From assembly GCA_041736435.1 (NCBI GenBank), contig JBGSTS010000223.1, forward strand, positions 1,169-65,168: a DNA stretch of 64,000 nucleotides, given 5' to 3'. Positions 18,981 to 28,067 of this stretch are shown one piece after another (the stretch's first letter is position 1; each line of letters begins with the position of its first letter). The translations under genes and the position numbers were made by a program. This DNA is from Desulfobacterales bacterium (lineage in GTDB: Bacteria > Desulfobacterota > Desulfobacteria > Desulfobacterales > SpSt-501). Below the pieces are notes generated by a model. It did not search any database and was not told the origin of the DNA. It saw nothing but the letters and a program-made list of their open reading frames with translations.

Positions 18981-19466
18981 ATGAAAAGAACCATCGGTTA
19001 CAACCGTCGGAAGGCGATCGACCCGCTCGATTGCCGGATGATCGAATTGTTGCAGAAAGACGGTCGGGTTTCGAACACCGAGATCGCCAAGAGGCTCGGG
19101 ATCTCCGAGGCCACCGTGCGCACCCGGCTTTCGCGGCTGATCGAGGCGGGGGTGATTCAGATCGTGGCTGTCAGCAACCCGCTCAAACTGGGGTTCGAGG
19201 TGGTGGGCACGATTCGGATCCACGTCGAGGTGCGCAAAATGGACAGGATCGTCCGCGAGTTAAAAACCATCAAGTCCCTGTGGCACATCGTGCAGACCAC
19301 CGGCGGCAGCGGGATCGACACGGAGTTCGTCCTCAAGGACCTGAGCGAGCTCAGCGAGCTGGTCTTCGAGAAGATCAACAAGATCGATGGCGTGCTCCGC
19401 ACGGAGCCCACCCTCTTCCTTAACTATATCAAGCGCTCCTACGACTGGGGCACGGCGCTGGAGTGA
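18981..19466 (+). CDS. Lrp/AsnC-family transcriptional regulator, divergent from mmsA
   Basis: LDCRMIELLQKDGRVSNTEIAKRLGISEATVRTRLSRLIEAGVI (HTH_AsnC) plus a C-terminal RAM-like domain. Confidence 0.85.
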   Translation: MKRTIGYNRRKAIDPLDCRMIELLQKDGRVSNTEIAKRLGISEATVRTRLSRLIEAGVIQIVAVSNPLKLGFEVVGTIRIHVEVRKMDRIVRELKTIKSLWHIVQTTGGSGIDTEFVLKDLSELSELVFEKINKIDGVLRTEPTLFLNYIKRSYDWGTALE

Positions 19467-19613
19467 GCCGGGCGCTACGATTCGGAAATATGCTGCTTCA
19501 TGTGCTTCCAGCACGTGAACGCCGTGCCGGCCCAGAAAAAGAAGCTCGCACCCTTGCAGCTGCCGGCGCAACAGCACTACCGATCAGACGCCCAACACGT
19601 CAGAGGACCGGAA

Positions 19614-19643
19614 GCCCGAGGTACATCGGGCCTGCGGTTTTTT
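19614..19643 (+). terminator. candidate intrinsic terminator after the Lrp-family gene
   Basis: GCCCGA-GGTACA-TCGGGC hairpin followed 6 nt later by TTTTTT. Confidence 0.4.
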
Positions 19644-19725
19644 ATGGGAGTTGCTCGAGCAGGGCGATTCTCCCGGCCGCTCGGGATCGGTTCGACCGCG
19701 AAGATCACGGTGGTTGCGCAGATTT

Positions 19726-20952
19726 TCAGTCCACGGGCGTCTTCTTCGCTGTTGCCTCAACCGGTTGCGGTTTCCCGGCAGGCCGAGGGGGCACATTGCC
19801 GACAACCAGCACCACCCGCATCCCGCCGTGCACGAGGGGTCGGGCCTCATGCGGGAAAGGCAGTGACGGGGCCCAGGCGTTCTGCGGGGCCACCAGCGCG
19901 AACCGCCAGCCCCGGTAGTGCGTTGCCAGCCGTTCGACGACGCGGCACAAGAGATCGCGGCCGGTCCCCGGCGTGCCGAGCCGCCGTCCGTAGGGCGGAT
20001 TGAGGACGATGGTGCCCGGACGGACGGCGAGCGTTGGCGGCTCGAGGCTGAAAAAATCCGCGCAGCGCACGGCCACTGCATCGGCGAGCCCGGACGCCCC
20101 GATGCAGACCTCGAGCCGGCGGCAGGCCTCCGCATCGATGTCGGAGGCCAAGATCCGGGGTGCCTTCAGCGCTACGAAGCCCTCAGCGGCAGTGCGCCGC
20201 ATATGGGCCCAGCGCGGGCCGGAGAACGCCGGCCAGCGGGTGAACGCGAAATTACGGAACCAGCCCGGCGGTATTCGCTTGGCCCACAGGGCCGCTTCAA
20301 GCGAGAAGGTCCCGGCGCCGCACATTGGGTCCATAAGGGGTTCATCGGCGGCGTAACCGCACCACATCAGCGCCGCCGCCGCCAGCGTTTCCCGCAGTGG
20401 TGCCGGCCCTCCGCGGGTTTTGACCCCGCGACGGTAGAGACTGGCACCGCTGCTGTCGATTGATACCACAAAACGGTCATCAGCCCCACGAATGAAGATC
20501 TGCTGCAGGCAGGGCGATGATCCAAGCGGTGCCGCGGCGGGTGGACCCAGGTGTTCCTGAACCCCCCTGAGCAACCGCTCAGCGATGGCGCCTGTGTGAT
20601 GGAGCCGGCAGTGGCGGGTTGCGACCTGAATCCGGGGGGAGTCTTCCTGCGGCAGGAAAAGCTCCCAGGCGAATCGCTGCGCCTCCCGTTCGAGTGCTGA
20701 AAAGGAGGTCGCATGGAAGGAATGAACGCGCATCAGGATGCGGCCGGCGGTGCGCAGGTGAAGGTTCGCGCGGTAGCACTCGTGCAGGCGGCCGTTGAAC
20801 TCCACGCCACCGGGAACTTCGCGGCCGGCGATCCCCAGCGCCGCCAACTCCTCCAGGCACAGGGGCTCGATGCCGGGGGCCGTGGCGGCGAAGAAATCGT
20901 GTAGCTTTCCGACCACGTGGCGCCGGATGCGTTTTTGGAGTGGAGGGCTCAT
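19726..20952 (-). CDS. THUMP-domain class I SAM-dependent RNA methyltransferase (RlmL/UPF0020-like)
   Basis: N-terminal THUMP-like region, SAM site DPMCGAGTFSLEAAL, and catalytic NPPYG. Confidence 0.75.
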   Translation of the reverse strand: MSPPLQKRIRRHVVGKLHDFFAATAPGIEPLCLEELAALGIAGREVPGGVEFNGRLHECYRANLHLRTAGRILMRVHSFHATSFSALEREAQRFAWELFLPQEDSPRIQVATRHCRLHHTGAIAERLLRGVQEHLGPPAAAPLGSSPCLQQIFIRGADDRFVVSIDSSGASLYRRGVKTRGGPAPLRETLAAAALMWCGYAADEPLMDPMCGAGTFSLEAALWAKRIPPGWFRNFAFTRWPAFSGPRWAHMRRTAAEGFVALKAPRILASDIDAEACRRLEVCIGASGLADAVAVRCADFFSLEPPTLAVRPGTIVLNPPYGRRLGTPGTGRDLLCRVVERLATHYRGWRFALVAPQNAWAPSLPFPHEARPLVHGGMRVVLVVGNVPPRPAGKPQPVEATAKKTPVD

Positions 20953-20977
20953 GATCCGCTGCCGGAGTCGCCAGCAT

Positions 20978-21910
20978 TCAGGGCGTACGCCGTTGCATGC
21001 GTATCACCGCCGGCGCTTTCTCGTCGTGCTCCTGCTTGGCCTGAAGGACGATGATGGCGCCGATCACCATGATTCCCCCTGCTATCTGAAGCGGCGCCAT
21101 CACTTCGCCGAGAAATACGAACGCTAGCACCCCGGCCGCAATCGGCTCCAGGGTCGAGGTGATGCTCGCGCGGGTGGCCCGAATGCGGTTGATCCCCTCG
21201 TAGTAGAGTCCAAAGGGCAGGATCGTCCCGCCCACCGCGATGTAGAGCACCCAGCCCCACGCCGCCGGCGGATAGGGGTGCATGAAGGACGCGAGCGGCG
21301 GCTCGAGCAGGTTCCACACGATCCCGGCGACCACCAGGGCGTAGAAGAGCACCGTCCATGGGTTGTAACGGTGCATCCCATACTCGCCGTGCACCGACCA
21401 CCAGGCGAACGCAAGCGCGGCCCCCAGGCCGCTTAGAATCCCGCTCAGGTTCAACTGCAAAAGGCTCAGGTTGTAGGCCCCGACGACCAGGTAGCAGCCG
21501 ACGATCGCCGCGGCGATGGCGGCGGCAGTCCAGCGGTTGGTCCATTCGCGCTGGACGCAGGCGGTGTACACGGCGATGAAGACCGGCGCCAAGTACTCGA
21601 GGACCAGGGCGGCGGCAACGTTGAGCCGGCTGATGGCGTAGAGATAGGCGATGTTGACGGCGGCCATTCCCAGGGTGCCGAGAATCAGAAAGTATCCGAT
21701 GTCTTTGCGGTCGATTCGAAGCAAGTGCCGGTGCCGACAGAAAAGCCAGACGAAAAGTATCACGGCCGCTGTGGTGATGCGCAGCTGAACTAACTGGAAC
21801 GGTGTAACGCCGGTGTTGAAAAGAAATTTGGATGCCGACGCCCCGGACGCCCAGAGAGTGGCGGCCAGCACGACGAACAGGTAGCCGGTTCGCAGCGATG
21901 GGGGTTGCAT
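20978..21910 (-). CDS. EamA/DMT-family transporter
   Basis: ORF 20978..22261 trimmed to ATG 21910 (MQPPSLRTGYLFVVLAATLWASG...). About ten hydrophobic helices. The 5' extension overlaps the divergent gene and reads as non-protein-like. Confidence 0.75.
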   Translation of the reverse strand: MQPPSLRTGYLFVVLAATLWASGASASKFLFNTGVTPFQLVQLRITTAAVILFVWLFCRHRHLLRIDRKDIGYFLILGTLGMAAVNIAYLYAISRLNVAAALVLEYLAPVFIAVYTACVQREWTNRWTAAAIAAAIVGCYLVVGAYNLSLLQLNLSGILSGLGAALAFAWWSVHGEYGMHRYNPWTVLFYALVVAGIVWNLLEPPLASFMHPYPPAAWGWVLYIAVGGTILPFGLYYEGINRIRATRASITSTLEPIAAGVLAFVFLGEVMAPLQIAGGIMVIGAIIVLQAKQEHDEKAPAVIRMQRRTP

Positions 21911-22010
21911 GATGAACGGGCGTTGCCTTTCAGAAAGGTCCGGATTACAAAACCAGAGAGACGAGTCATTCTTAAGGGAAAAGCCCCAAGGGATCAAGGG
22001 ACAATCCGGT

Positions 22011-23171
22011 ATGGCCACCCCGGTGGTTTTCTCGAAATGCGAATACGACGTGCGCGCCCTGAGAGCGGCGGTGCACGAAATGCTTGCGAGGATCGGTGGG
22101 CTGCGCATCAAAACCGGTACCCGGGTGTTGATCAAGCCCAATTTCCTCGCCCCGGCCAGGCCGGAGCGGGCCATGACGACCCACCCGCTCGTTGTGCGCG
22201 TTGTGGCCGAAGTTGTGCTTGAACACGGCGGCCGGGTGCTCATCGCCGACAGCCCGGGCATGGGGAGTTTTGATCGGCTGCTGCGCGACGGGGGTTATTC
22301 CGATGCGCTGAAAGGCCTCGATGTGGAATTGCACCCGTTCACGGAATCCGTTGTTGTGGACATCGGGGAGCCCTTCGGGCGCATCGAGATCGCCAGGGAG
22401 GCCATCGAGGCGGAGGTGGTGGTCAATCTGCCCAAGCTCAAGACCCATGCCCAAATGCTGCTTACGTTAGGGGTGAAAAACCTCTTCGGATGCATCGTCG
22501 GGCTCAAAAAGCCCGAGTGGCACATGCGCAGCGGGGTTGACCGGCAGCTTTTTGCCAGGCTCCTGATTCAGATTCACCAGGCGGTAAACCCCGCGCTCAC
22601 CCTGGTCGACGGGATCGTGGGCATGGAAGGCCATGGCCCCGGTAGAAGCGGCACCCCGCGGCGGTTCGGCGTGCTGGTGGGCAGTGCCAGTGCGACGGCT
22701 GTGGATGCGGCGATCTGCCGGTTCCTGGGGCTGCCGCCGGAACAGCTTCCCACCCACCGGGCGGCGGCCGAACTCGGTCTGGCGCCCAAGCAGTTGAAGA
22801 TCCTCGGGGATTTTCTGCAGGTGAGCGGGGTGCGCCTGCCGGTTCTGGCCCCGCTGACGTTTGGGCCCCAGCGCATGCACCGGCTGATGCGCAAGCATCT
22901 GGTCCAACGCCCCGAGGCCGATCCGCGTTTGTGCCGGATGTGCGGCGAATGCTGGCGCGTCTGCCCGGCCAAGGCAATCACGCCCCATGCCAAGCGGGTT
23001 GTCTTCGACTACGACCGCTGCATCCGATGCTACTGCTGCGTCGAGATGTGCCCCCACGGTGCGCTCAAGGCCGTCGAAACGAGGCCCGGCCGGTTGGTTC
23101 GGAAGCTTGCCGGCCTCAGAGACCATGTCGCCGTGCGGATCGGAAAACGCCACCGTTTGCCCCCGTCCTGA
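22011..23171 (+). CDS. DUF362-domain protein with C-terminal 2x[4Fe-4S] ferredoxin domain
   Basis: ORF trimmed to ATG 22011 (MATPVVFSKCEY...). Motifs: VLIKPNFLAP, KLKTHAQM, CRMCGECWRVCP...CIRCYCCVEMCP. Confidence 0.7.
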   Translation: MATPVVFSKCEYDVRALRAAVHEMLARIGGLRIKTGTRVLIKPNFLAPARPERAMTTHPLVVRVVAEVVLEHGGRVLIADSPGMGSFDRLLRDGGYSDALKGLDVELHPFTESVVVDIGEPFGRIEIAREAIEAEVVVNLPKLKTHAQMLLTLGVKNLFGCIVGLKKPEWHMRSGVDRQLFARLLIQIHQAVNPALTLVDGIVGMEGHGPGRSGTPRRFGVLVGSASATAVDAAICRFLGLPPEQLPTHRAAAELGLAPKQLKILGDFLQVSGVRLPVLAPLTFGPQRMHRLMRKHLVQRPEADPRLCRMCGECWRVCPAKAITPHAKRVVFDYDRCIRCYCCVEMCPHGALKAVETRPGRLVRKLAGLRDHVAVRIGKRHRLPPS

Positions 23172-23245
23172 CATCGGGGGAAATTCCGTTGAGCGGCAAG
23201 CTTTTTCGACAAGGTTCGATTTGAACGCTGCCGAAACCCAGGCGC

Positions 23246-23274
23246 TTGACCCCTGCTCCATTTCCAAGTAGATT
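23246..23274 (+). promoter_or_regulatory. candidate sigma70 promoter for ssb (TTGACC - 17 nt - TAGATT)
   Basis: Read directly; lies about 120 nt upstream of the ssb ATG. Confidence 0.35.
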
Positions 23275-23393
23275 CGCACCGAAAACGTGTTGGAAAAAAC
23301 GCTTGAGTCAAGAGTGGGGCCGGCGAATCCCCGTTGCCCCGATTGAGCGGCTTCACCCCAATTGGCGCAGCCCCCCACAGACAGGAGGTAGTT

Positions 23394-23828
23394 ATGGCTG
23401 GTATCAACAAGGTGATCATCGTTGGAAATCTTGGGCGCGACCCGGAAGTCAGCTACGTTCCGAGCGGAGCCGCTGTTGCCAAGTTCAGTGTCGCCACGTC
23501 AGAAACGTGGAAAGACAAGAGCACCGGCGAGAAGAAAGAGCGCACGGAGTGGCATCGGATCGTCGCCTGGGACAAACTCGGCGAAATCTGCGGAAAATAC
23601 CTGGCCAAGGGCCGGCAGGTTTACGTCGAAGGCAAACTGCAAACCCGCAGCTACGACGACAAGGAAGGCGTGAAGCGCTACGTCACGGAAATCGTCGCCC
23701 AGGATGTTCAGTTTCTGGGGGGAAACCGGGAGGCTCAGGATTCAGGACGGCCGGGCGCGCCGCCATCCTTCCGTGAGCCCTCCGCCGGGCCGGGCGGTCC
23801 CGGGGTGGAGGACGACATTCCCTTCTGA
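23394..23828 (+). CDS. ssb: single-stranded DNA-binding protein
   Basis: [42 protein letters not shown]...TEWHRIVAW...[12 protein letters not shown], a Gly/Pro-rich linker, and the acidic tail EDDIPF. AGGAGG lies upstream of ATG 23394. Confidence 0.95.
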   Translation: MAGINKVIIVGNLGRDPEVSYVPSGAAVAKFSVATSETWKDKSTGEKKERTEWHRIVAWDKLGEICGKYLAKGRQVYVEGKLQTRSYDDKEGVKRYVTEIVAQDVQFLGGNREAQDSGRPGAPPSFREPSAGPGGPGVEDDIPF

Positions 23829-23914
23829 AGAGACGTGATAGGGTTTTGTATTGATTTCTGTTGCCCGATTCCGGCGAACGGCCTTAAAAAAATCAAGGAC
23901 TTTGTGTCGCGCGA

Positions 23915-23954
23915 TATCCCCCGACGTGTGTAAAGATCGGGGGATTTCTTTTTC
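23915..23954 (+). terminator. intrinsic terminator downstream of ssb
   Basis: ATCCCCCGA-(13 nt)-TCGGGGGAT followed by TTCTTTTTC. Confidence 0.65.
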
Positions 23955-24228
23955 GGAATTTTCTGGAGCACGCCGTATTGAAACGTTTAAAGATTTTAGC
24001 CAGAGCAACAACTCAGGATGACTGCTGGCGAAGCGTAATGGAGACGGTATTGCAAAAACCTGTCCGATGTCGGGTTGCGCCTCCCAGCTGTCGCATTTGA
24101 TGTCCCACGTCCTACAGGATGCGATCCCATCTGCCGGCAGGCCGCTTTTTCTGATGATGCGAAAATTTTCATTGCTGCTGCACTCAACTCGCAGGCCGAG
24201 TTTGGTACGGTGTCAACAGTTGGCGTGT

Positions 24229-25476
24229 TCATTCCGGGAGCATACGCCCGGATGCGGTTGGGGCCGTCTCGATCCCTCGGTGCAGCACCATGTTCTCGCC
24301 GACCTTTTTGCCGACATAGTAGGATGATTTCCGGGCCCAGGTGGGGCGTCCGATCGAGCGTAATTTTCCGTACCGAAGCTTCACGTAGTCGGCCAGTTTG
24401 GGGTCGGTAATGTTAACCAAATCGGTGCAGACATGCTCGCGTTTGGAGCAAGCAGCTGCCGCTGCAAGGTTCCTCTCGGTCTTTAACCGTTCGGATAGAG
24501 CGCGCCGGTCACCCTGGAGCTTCGAAAAAAAACCGTTTGCGACCCCCAGCGCGAACTGCCGGAACTCCCGGCCGGAAAACCCATGCTGGTAGCGGGCCTG
24601 ATCCCATTGCGCACGGATCGTCCTTTTGATGAAATCAAAAACGTAGGCGGCAAACTCGATGTCGTGCGGCTGTCCGGACATCTCCGGAACGCTGCCTACG
24701 CATGGCCCGGACACGACCCACGTAGGAACCCAGACAATCTCGACAAAGAAAAACCGTTGAAGAATGGTTGAAACGACATTGATATGGCGCGGGTGTCTCC
24801 TTGCCGGCTCGCACATGAACCGGCTGGTAAAGGTGCGTTCCCGGTCCTCCTCAATCAGCGTAAGGTTATGCCGGGTGATGAGTTCGCTGGCCTTGGATGC
24901 GGCCGACCTGGCTTCTTCCGGGTACGGGCTTTCGGCCAGCGCGAGAAGTTTGTGAACCCTGGCCCGCAGCTGGTCCTGTGGGTCCGAGCTGGCTTCGAGG
25001 TTTTTGCACTCCGGACTGAACAAAGGGCTATTCTTGTTGGTGGTATGCGGGTCGGCGCCCAGAAGCTCGCAAAATTTACGGAAGATGGGGCCGTGACTGG
25101 TTTCGCGCCTGCCTTCCGGATGGGCAGCCGCCCAGAGGTGCGCGACCTCGTGAAGAAACACATCGCGCACGGCGTCGAAGCGGTGGGTGGTGGCAAAGGT
25201 GCTTTTAAGCAGGATCGTCCACGTTTCAGCGTCGGCGATTCCAAGCTTTCCGATATCGGACAACACAATGTTGGGTCGCGTCGAAATGCGCCGCCGAATG
25301 GTTTTGGGTGCTTTTGGCAAGGCCCTGGCGTACTCCCAGCGGAGCCCGAGAACAATGGATTTTGAGAGATCCGCCTCGATTTTGGAGGCCACTCGATGGG
25401 TCGGCAATTGGCAGCATCCTTTCTGGTGTATGCCCAGGCCCCGAGCTAAAATCATTCGTCCTCCGAACAGGTGCAT
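24229..25476 (-). CDS. SprT-like zinc-metalloprotease domain protein fused to a DUF2786-like helical region
   Basis: FLHEVAHLWAA (HExxH) sits in a SprT-like context. It is followed by KLLALAESPYPEEARSAASKASELITRHNL, the DUF2786 hallmark as I remember it, and a long uncharacterised C-terminus. The start is uncertain (25476 or 25455). Confidence 0.55.
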   Translation of the reverse strand: MHLFGGRMILARGLGIHQKGCCQLPTHRVASKIEADLSKSIVLGLRWEYARALPKAPKTIRRRISTRPNIVLSDIGKLGIADAETWTILLKSTFATTHRFDAVRDVFLHEVAHLWAAAHPEGRRETSHGPIFRKFCELLGADPHTTNKNSPLFSPECKNLEASSDPQDQLRARVHKLLALAESPYPEEARSAASKASELITRHNLTLIEEDRERTFTSRFMCEPARRHPRHINVVSTILQRFFFVEIVWVPTWVVSGPCVGSVPEMSGQPHDIEFAAYVFDFIKRTIRAQWDQARYQHGFSGREFRQFALGVANGFFSKLQGDRRALSERLKTERNLAAAAACSKREHVCTDLVNITDPKLADYVKLRYGKLRSIGRPTWARKSSYYVGKKVGENMVLHRGIETAPTASGRMLPE

Positions 25477-25554
25477 TCCGGTAAAGAATCTTTATCGGAT
25501 GCCGATATTGAGTGACAGGGTTTAACTTAATTCCATTATCTTACGGAAGGCCGC

Positions 25555-25845
25555 ATGGTTTGCGAATCGAACATCGTAACTGAGCCATACCAATGCCAAA
25601 AAATCATCAAGGAGGTTTTTGTTACATATTTTGTGTTACAACAGCCTGAAGTAGTTAATAATTTGATTGAACGTTTCGCATTCGACTGCACTGGAAAGCA
25701 CGACTGTGGTGTGCTGATTGAGAGCGGTCTCCAGAAAATACACCAGTGGGCGGAATGCACCAATTCCGATCTTTATAGACACCCTGGTGCTGGAGATCGA
25801 TCTTCCCTGCCAACTAAAAGCAGTCTCACTGAAGACGATAAATGA
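25555..25845 (+). CDS. hypothetical 96-aa protein, possibly translationally coupled to the downstream diguanylate cyclase
   Basis: ATG 25555 is preceded by GGAAGG. Its stop overlaps the next gene's start (ATGA, 25842-25845). No recognisable domain. Confidence 0.4.
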   Translation: MVCESNIVTEPYQCQKIIKEVFVTYFVLQQPEVVNNLIERFAFDCTGKHDCGVLIESGLQKIHQWAECTNSDLYRHPGAGDRSSLPTKSSLTEDDK

Positions 25846-27698
25846 ATCAGAACCCACAACTTTCGGATATCCAGGATAATGTCAAGAGGCTCCCCACGTT
25901 ACCTGGGGTAGCGGTGCGCATCTTGGAGGTGTTTAAAAAAGAAGATTTCAGCCTGAAGGAGCTATCCGATCTCATCGCGACAGACCCTCCCCTGACGTTG
26001 AGAGTCCTGAAAGCTGTTAATTCTCCGTTTTATGGATTGAAAACCAGAATCGAATCCGTGGGGCAAGCCATTACGTTTCTCGGTATCAATTCGGTTAAAA
26101 ATCTATCTCTCAGTTTTTCTTTGATTCGAGCCTTTTCAAGCAGGAAAAAATCCGTTTTTAATTACCCCCAGTTCTGGAAGGACTCTTTGGTCGGAGCGGT
26201 GTCCGCAAAGCTACTCGCCGAAAAAATCGACAAGCGCCACTGTGAAAGCGCATTTCTGATTGGGCTGCTTCAAAACATCGGCAGCTTGATCTTGGCTGAA
26301 AATTTTCCACAAGCCTACGGGCAGGCGCTTCAAAGTAGTAAATCTCAAGGCCTGCCGCTTATCGAGGTTGAAACCCAATCTCTGGGGCTGGACCACATGG
26401 CAGTCGGGCAATATGTCTTGGACGCTTGGGGCCTGCCCGAGACATTTTCAATCCCCATTGGCTGCCATCATGCTCCGGACCGCCAAAAAGAGCCCAAGGG
26501 CGATATTTCGTCATTGGTTCAAATCCTGCACCTATCATCTCTGGTTATCGATCTGTTCGGGAAAAGCTCGGCTAAGGTCGACTATTCACTATTGGACAAC
26601 GCCTTGCTAAAACAAGGCCTGGACAAAATCGTCGACAAAACCCAACTTTTCACAATGGTGTTCGAATCGATTAAAGCCATTTTCCCGATTTTTGACTTTG
26701 AGGTCGACGCCGAGCAGTACCTGCAAATTATAGAGTCCTCGAAGGCGGAATTGAATGAACTGGCGGAAAATCTTATCAGCCAGGTTGATACCCAGAAACA
26801 GAGCATCGAGGATCTCACACGACAGGTCGGAGTTGATGGGCTGACCCAGTTGAACAACCAAAAACGCTTCTACGAGATCCTGCAGCAAGAGATCAGCAGG
26901 GCCGTGCGCTACCACGATCCGCTCGCGTTGATCATGGCGGATATCGATCATTTCAAGTCCATCAACGATTTTTACGGCCACCTGGGCGGAGACCATGTGC
27001 TGAAATCAGTGGCTGCGAAGCTCAAGACCACCTTGCGAGACTCGGATCACATCGCCCGTTACGGTGGGGAAGAATTCGGAGTTGTTTTGCCGTTGACCGA
27101 CATGTACGGTGCACTACTCGTCGCCGAACGGTTAAGAAGTGCGGTCAGTGAGCTCAAGGTTCCTTACAATCACAAGATGGTTTCCGTCACGATGAGCTTC
27201 GGGGTTGCTTCCCTGGCAGGCGCCCATAAGCTCGCTGTGGAAAGCTTTATCCGACAGGCGGACGAGGCCCTTTATGAAGCCAAGAACGCCGGCCGCAATC
27301 GCTGTCATGCGTACCGTAAACAAGCCCCTCATGAAAGTCTACCGAAGATTCTCGTGATCGACGATGAGGAAGTTGTTCTAGTAACGGTCTCGAAAATGCT
27401 GGAGCGGTTGGGATATGATTCTATTACCGCTGCAGATGGGCAGTCGGCAATAGCGCACTGCCGTGAAAATACAAATAACGTCAGCATGGTGCTTTTGGAT
27501 GTAATGATGCCTGGAATCAGCCCGAAGGAGACAATCTGCATGCTCAAGGCCCTTTGCCCTGAATCTAAAATTATTTTGTCTAGCGGATTTGAGGTGGACC
27601 AAATTGAAAAAGAAATAAGGGACAATTCAGATGGATATTTAGGAAAGCCTTATTCAATGGGTGAGCTTAAGGGCATTCTCGATAAATTTTTCTGCTGA
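25842..27698 (+). CDS. HDOD - coiled coil - GGDEF (active-site GGEEF, I-site RxxD) - C-terminal receiver domain protein; putative diguanylate cyclase
   Basis: HDOD: LPTLPGVAVRILEVFKKEDFSLKELSDLIATDPPLTLRVLKAVNSPFYGL. GGDEF: DIDHFKSINDFYGHLGGDHVL...RDSDHIARYGGEEFGVVL. REC: KILVIDDEEVVL...VLLDVMMPG...LSSG. Confidence 0.85.
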   Translation: MNQNPQLSDIQDNVKRLPTLPGVAVRILEVFKKEDFSLKELSDLIATDPPLTLRVLKAVNSPFYGLKTRIESVGQAITFLGINSVKNLSLSFSLIRAFSSRKKSVFNYPQFWKDSLVGAVSAKLLAEKIDKRHCESAFLIGLLQNIGSLILAENFPQAYGQALQSSKSQGLPLIEVETQSLGLDHMAVGQYVLDAWGLPETFSIPIGCHHAPDRQKEPKGDISSLVQILHLSSLVIDLFGKSSAKVDYSLLDNALLKQGLDKIVDKTQLFTMVFESIKAIFPIFDFEVDAEQYLQIIESSKAELNELAENLISQVDTQKQSIEDLTRQVGVDGLTQLNNQKRFYEILQQEISRAVRYHDPLALIMADIDHFKSINDFYGHLGGDHVLKSVAAKLKTTLRDSDHIARYGGEEFGVVLPLTDMYGALLVAERLRSAVSELKVPYNHKMVSVTMSFGVASLAGAHKLAVESFIRQADEALYEAKNAGRNRCHAYRKQAPHESLPKILVIDDEEVVLVTVSKMLERLGYDSITAADGQSAIAHCRENTNNVSMVLLDVMMPGISPKETICMLKALCPESKIILSSGFEVDQIEKEIRDNSDGYLGKPYSMGELKGILDKFFC

Positions 27699-27955
27699 GC
27701 TACGGAAACCCAAGGACAGACAAAGTCCATCACCTGAACGCGCTTGCTAACAAAATCGTTCTGCCCCTCCGCGCCACACCACGCAATTTTGGCGTTCTCT
27801 AGCACAAATATTTTTTATGCAATCGTTCGCTTAGCATGGCCCCCTGGCGATATAAATCTCAAAGGATACACTCTAAAATTTCAACTAACTGTAATGATAG
27901 ATTTTTTTATCGACCACATCCAACATGGAGAATGGTGGAACACCGGCGGGCGGTT

Positions 27956-27971
27956 TGGCAGATATTTTGCA
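27956..27971 (+). promoter_or_regulatory. candidate sigma54 (-24/-12) promoter TGGCAG-ATATT-TTGCA upstream of the mshI-like operon
   Basis: Matches TGGCAC-N5-TTGCW at all but one position. Lies about 97 nt upstream of ATG 28068. Confidence 0.6.
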
Positions 27972-27982
27972 TAGTAGGTTCT

Positions 27983-28053
27983 GAATTGGATTGTCTGTCA
28001 TGGTTCAGGCCCATGCCGTAGCAAGCAATGACAACAATCTAACAATCCAATTC
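27983..28053 (+). repeat. 12-bp perfect inverted repeat (GAATTGGATTGT ... ACAATCCAATTC, 47-nt spacer) in the predicted leader
   Basis: Read directly. The left arm starts about at the predicted sigma54 transcription start. The right arm ends 14 nt before the ATG. Confidence 0.6.
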
Positions 28054-28067
28054 CCTTGGGGTCATTT

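Noticed and set aside
23290-23310. Palindrome CTTGAGTCAAG in the ssb leader, considered as a LexA/SOS box
   Set aside because: It does not match the LexA box consensus sequences I remember for delta- or gammaproteobacteria. It is too short to call.
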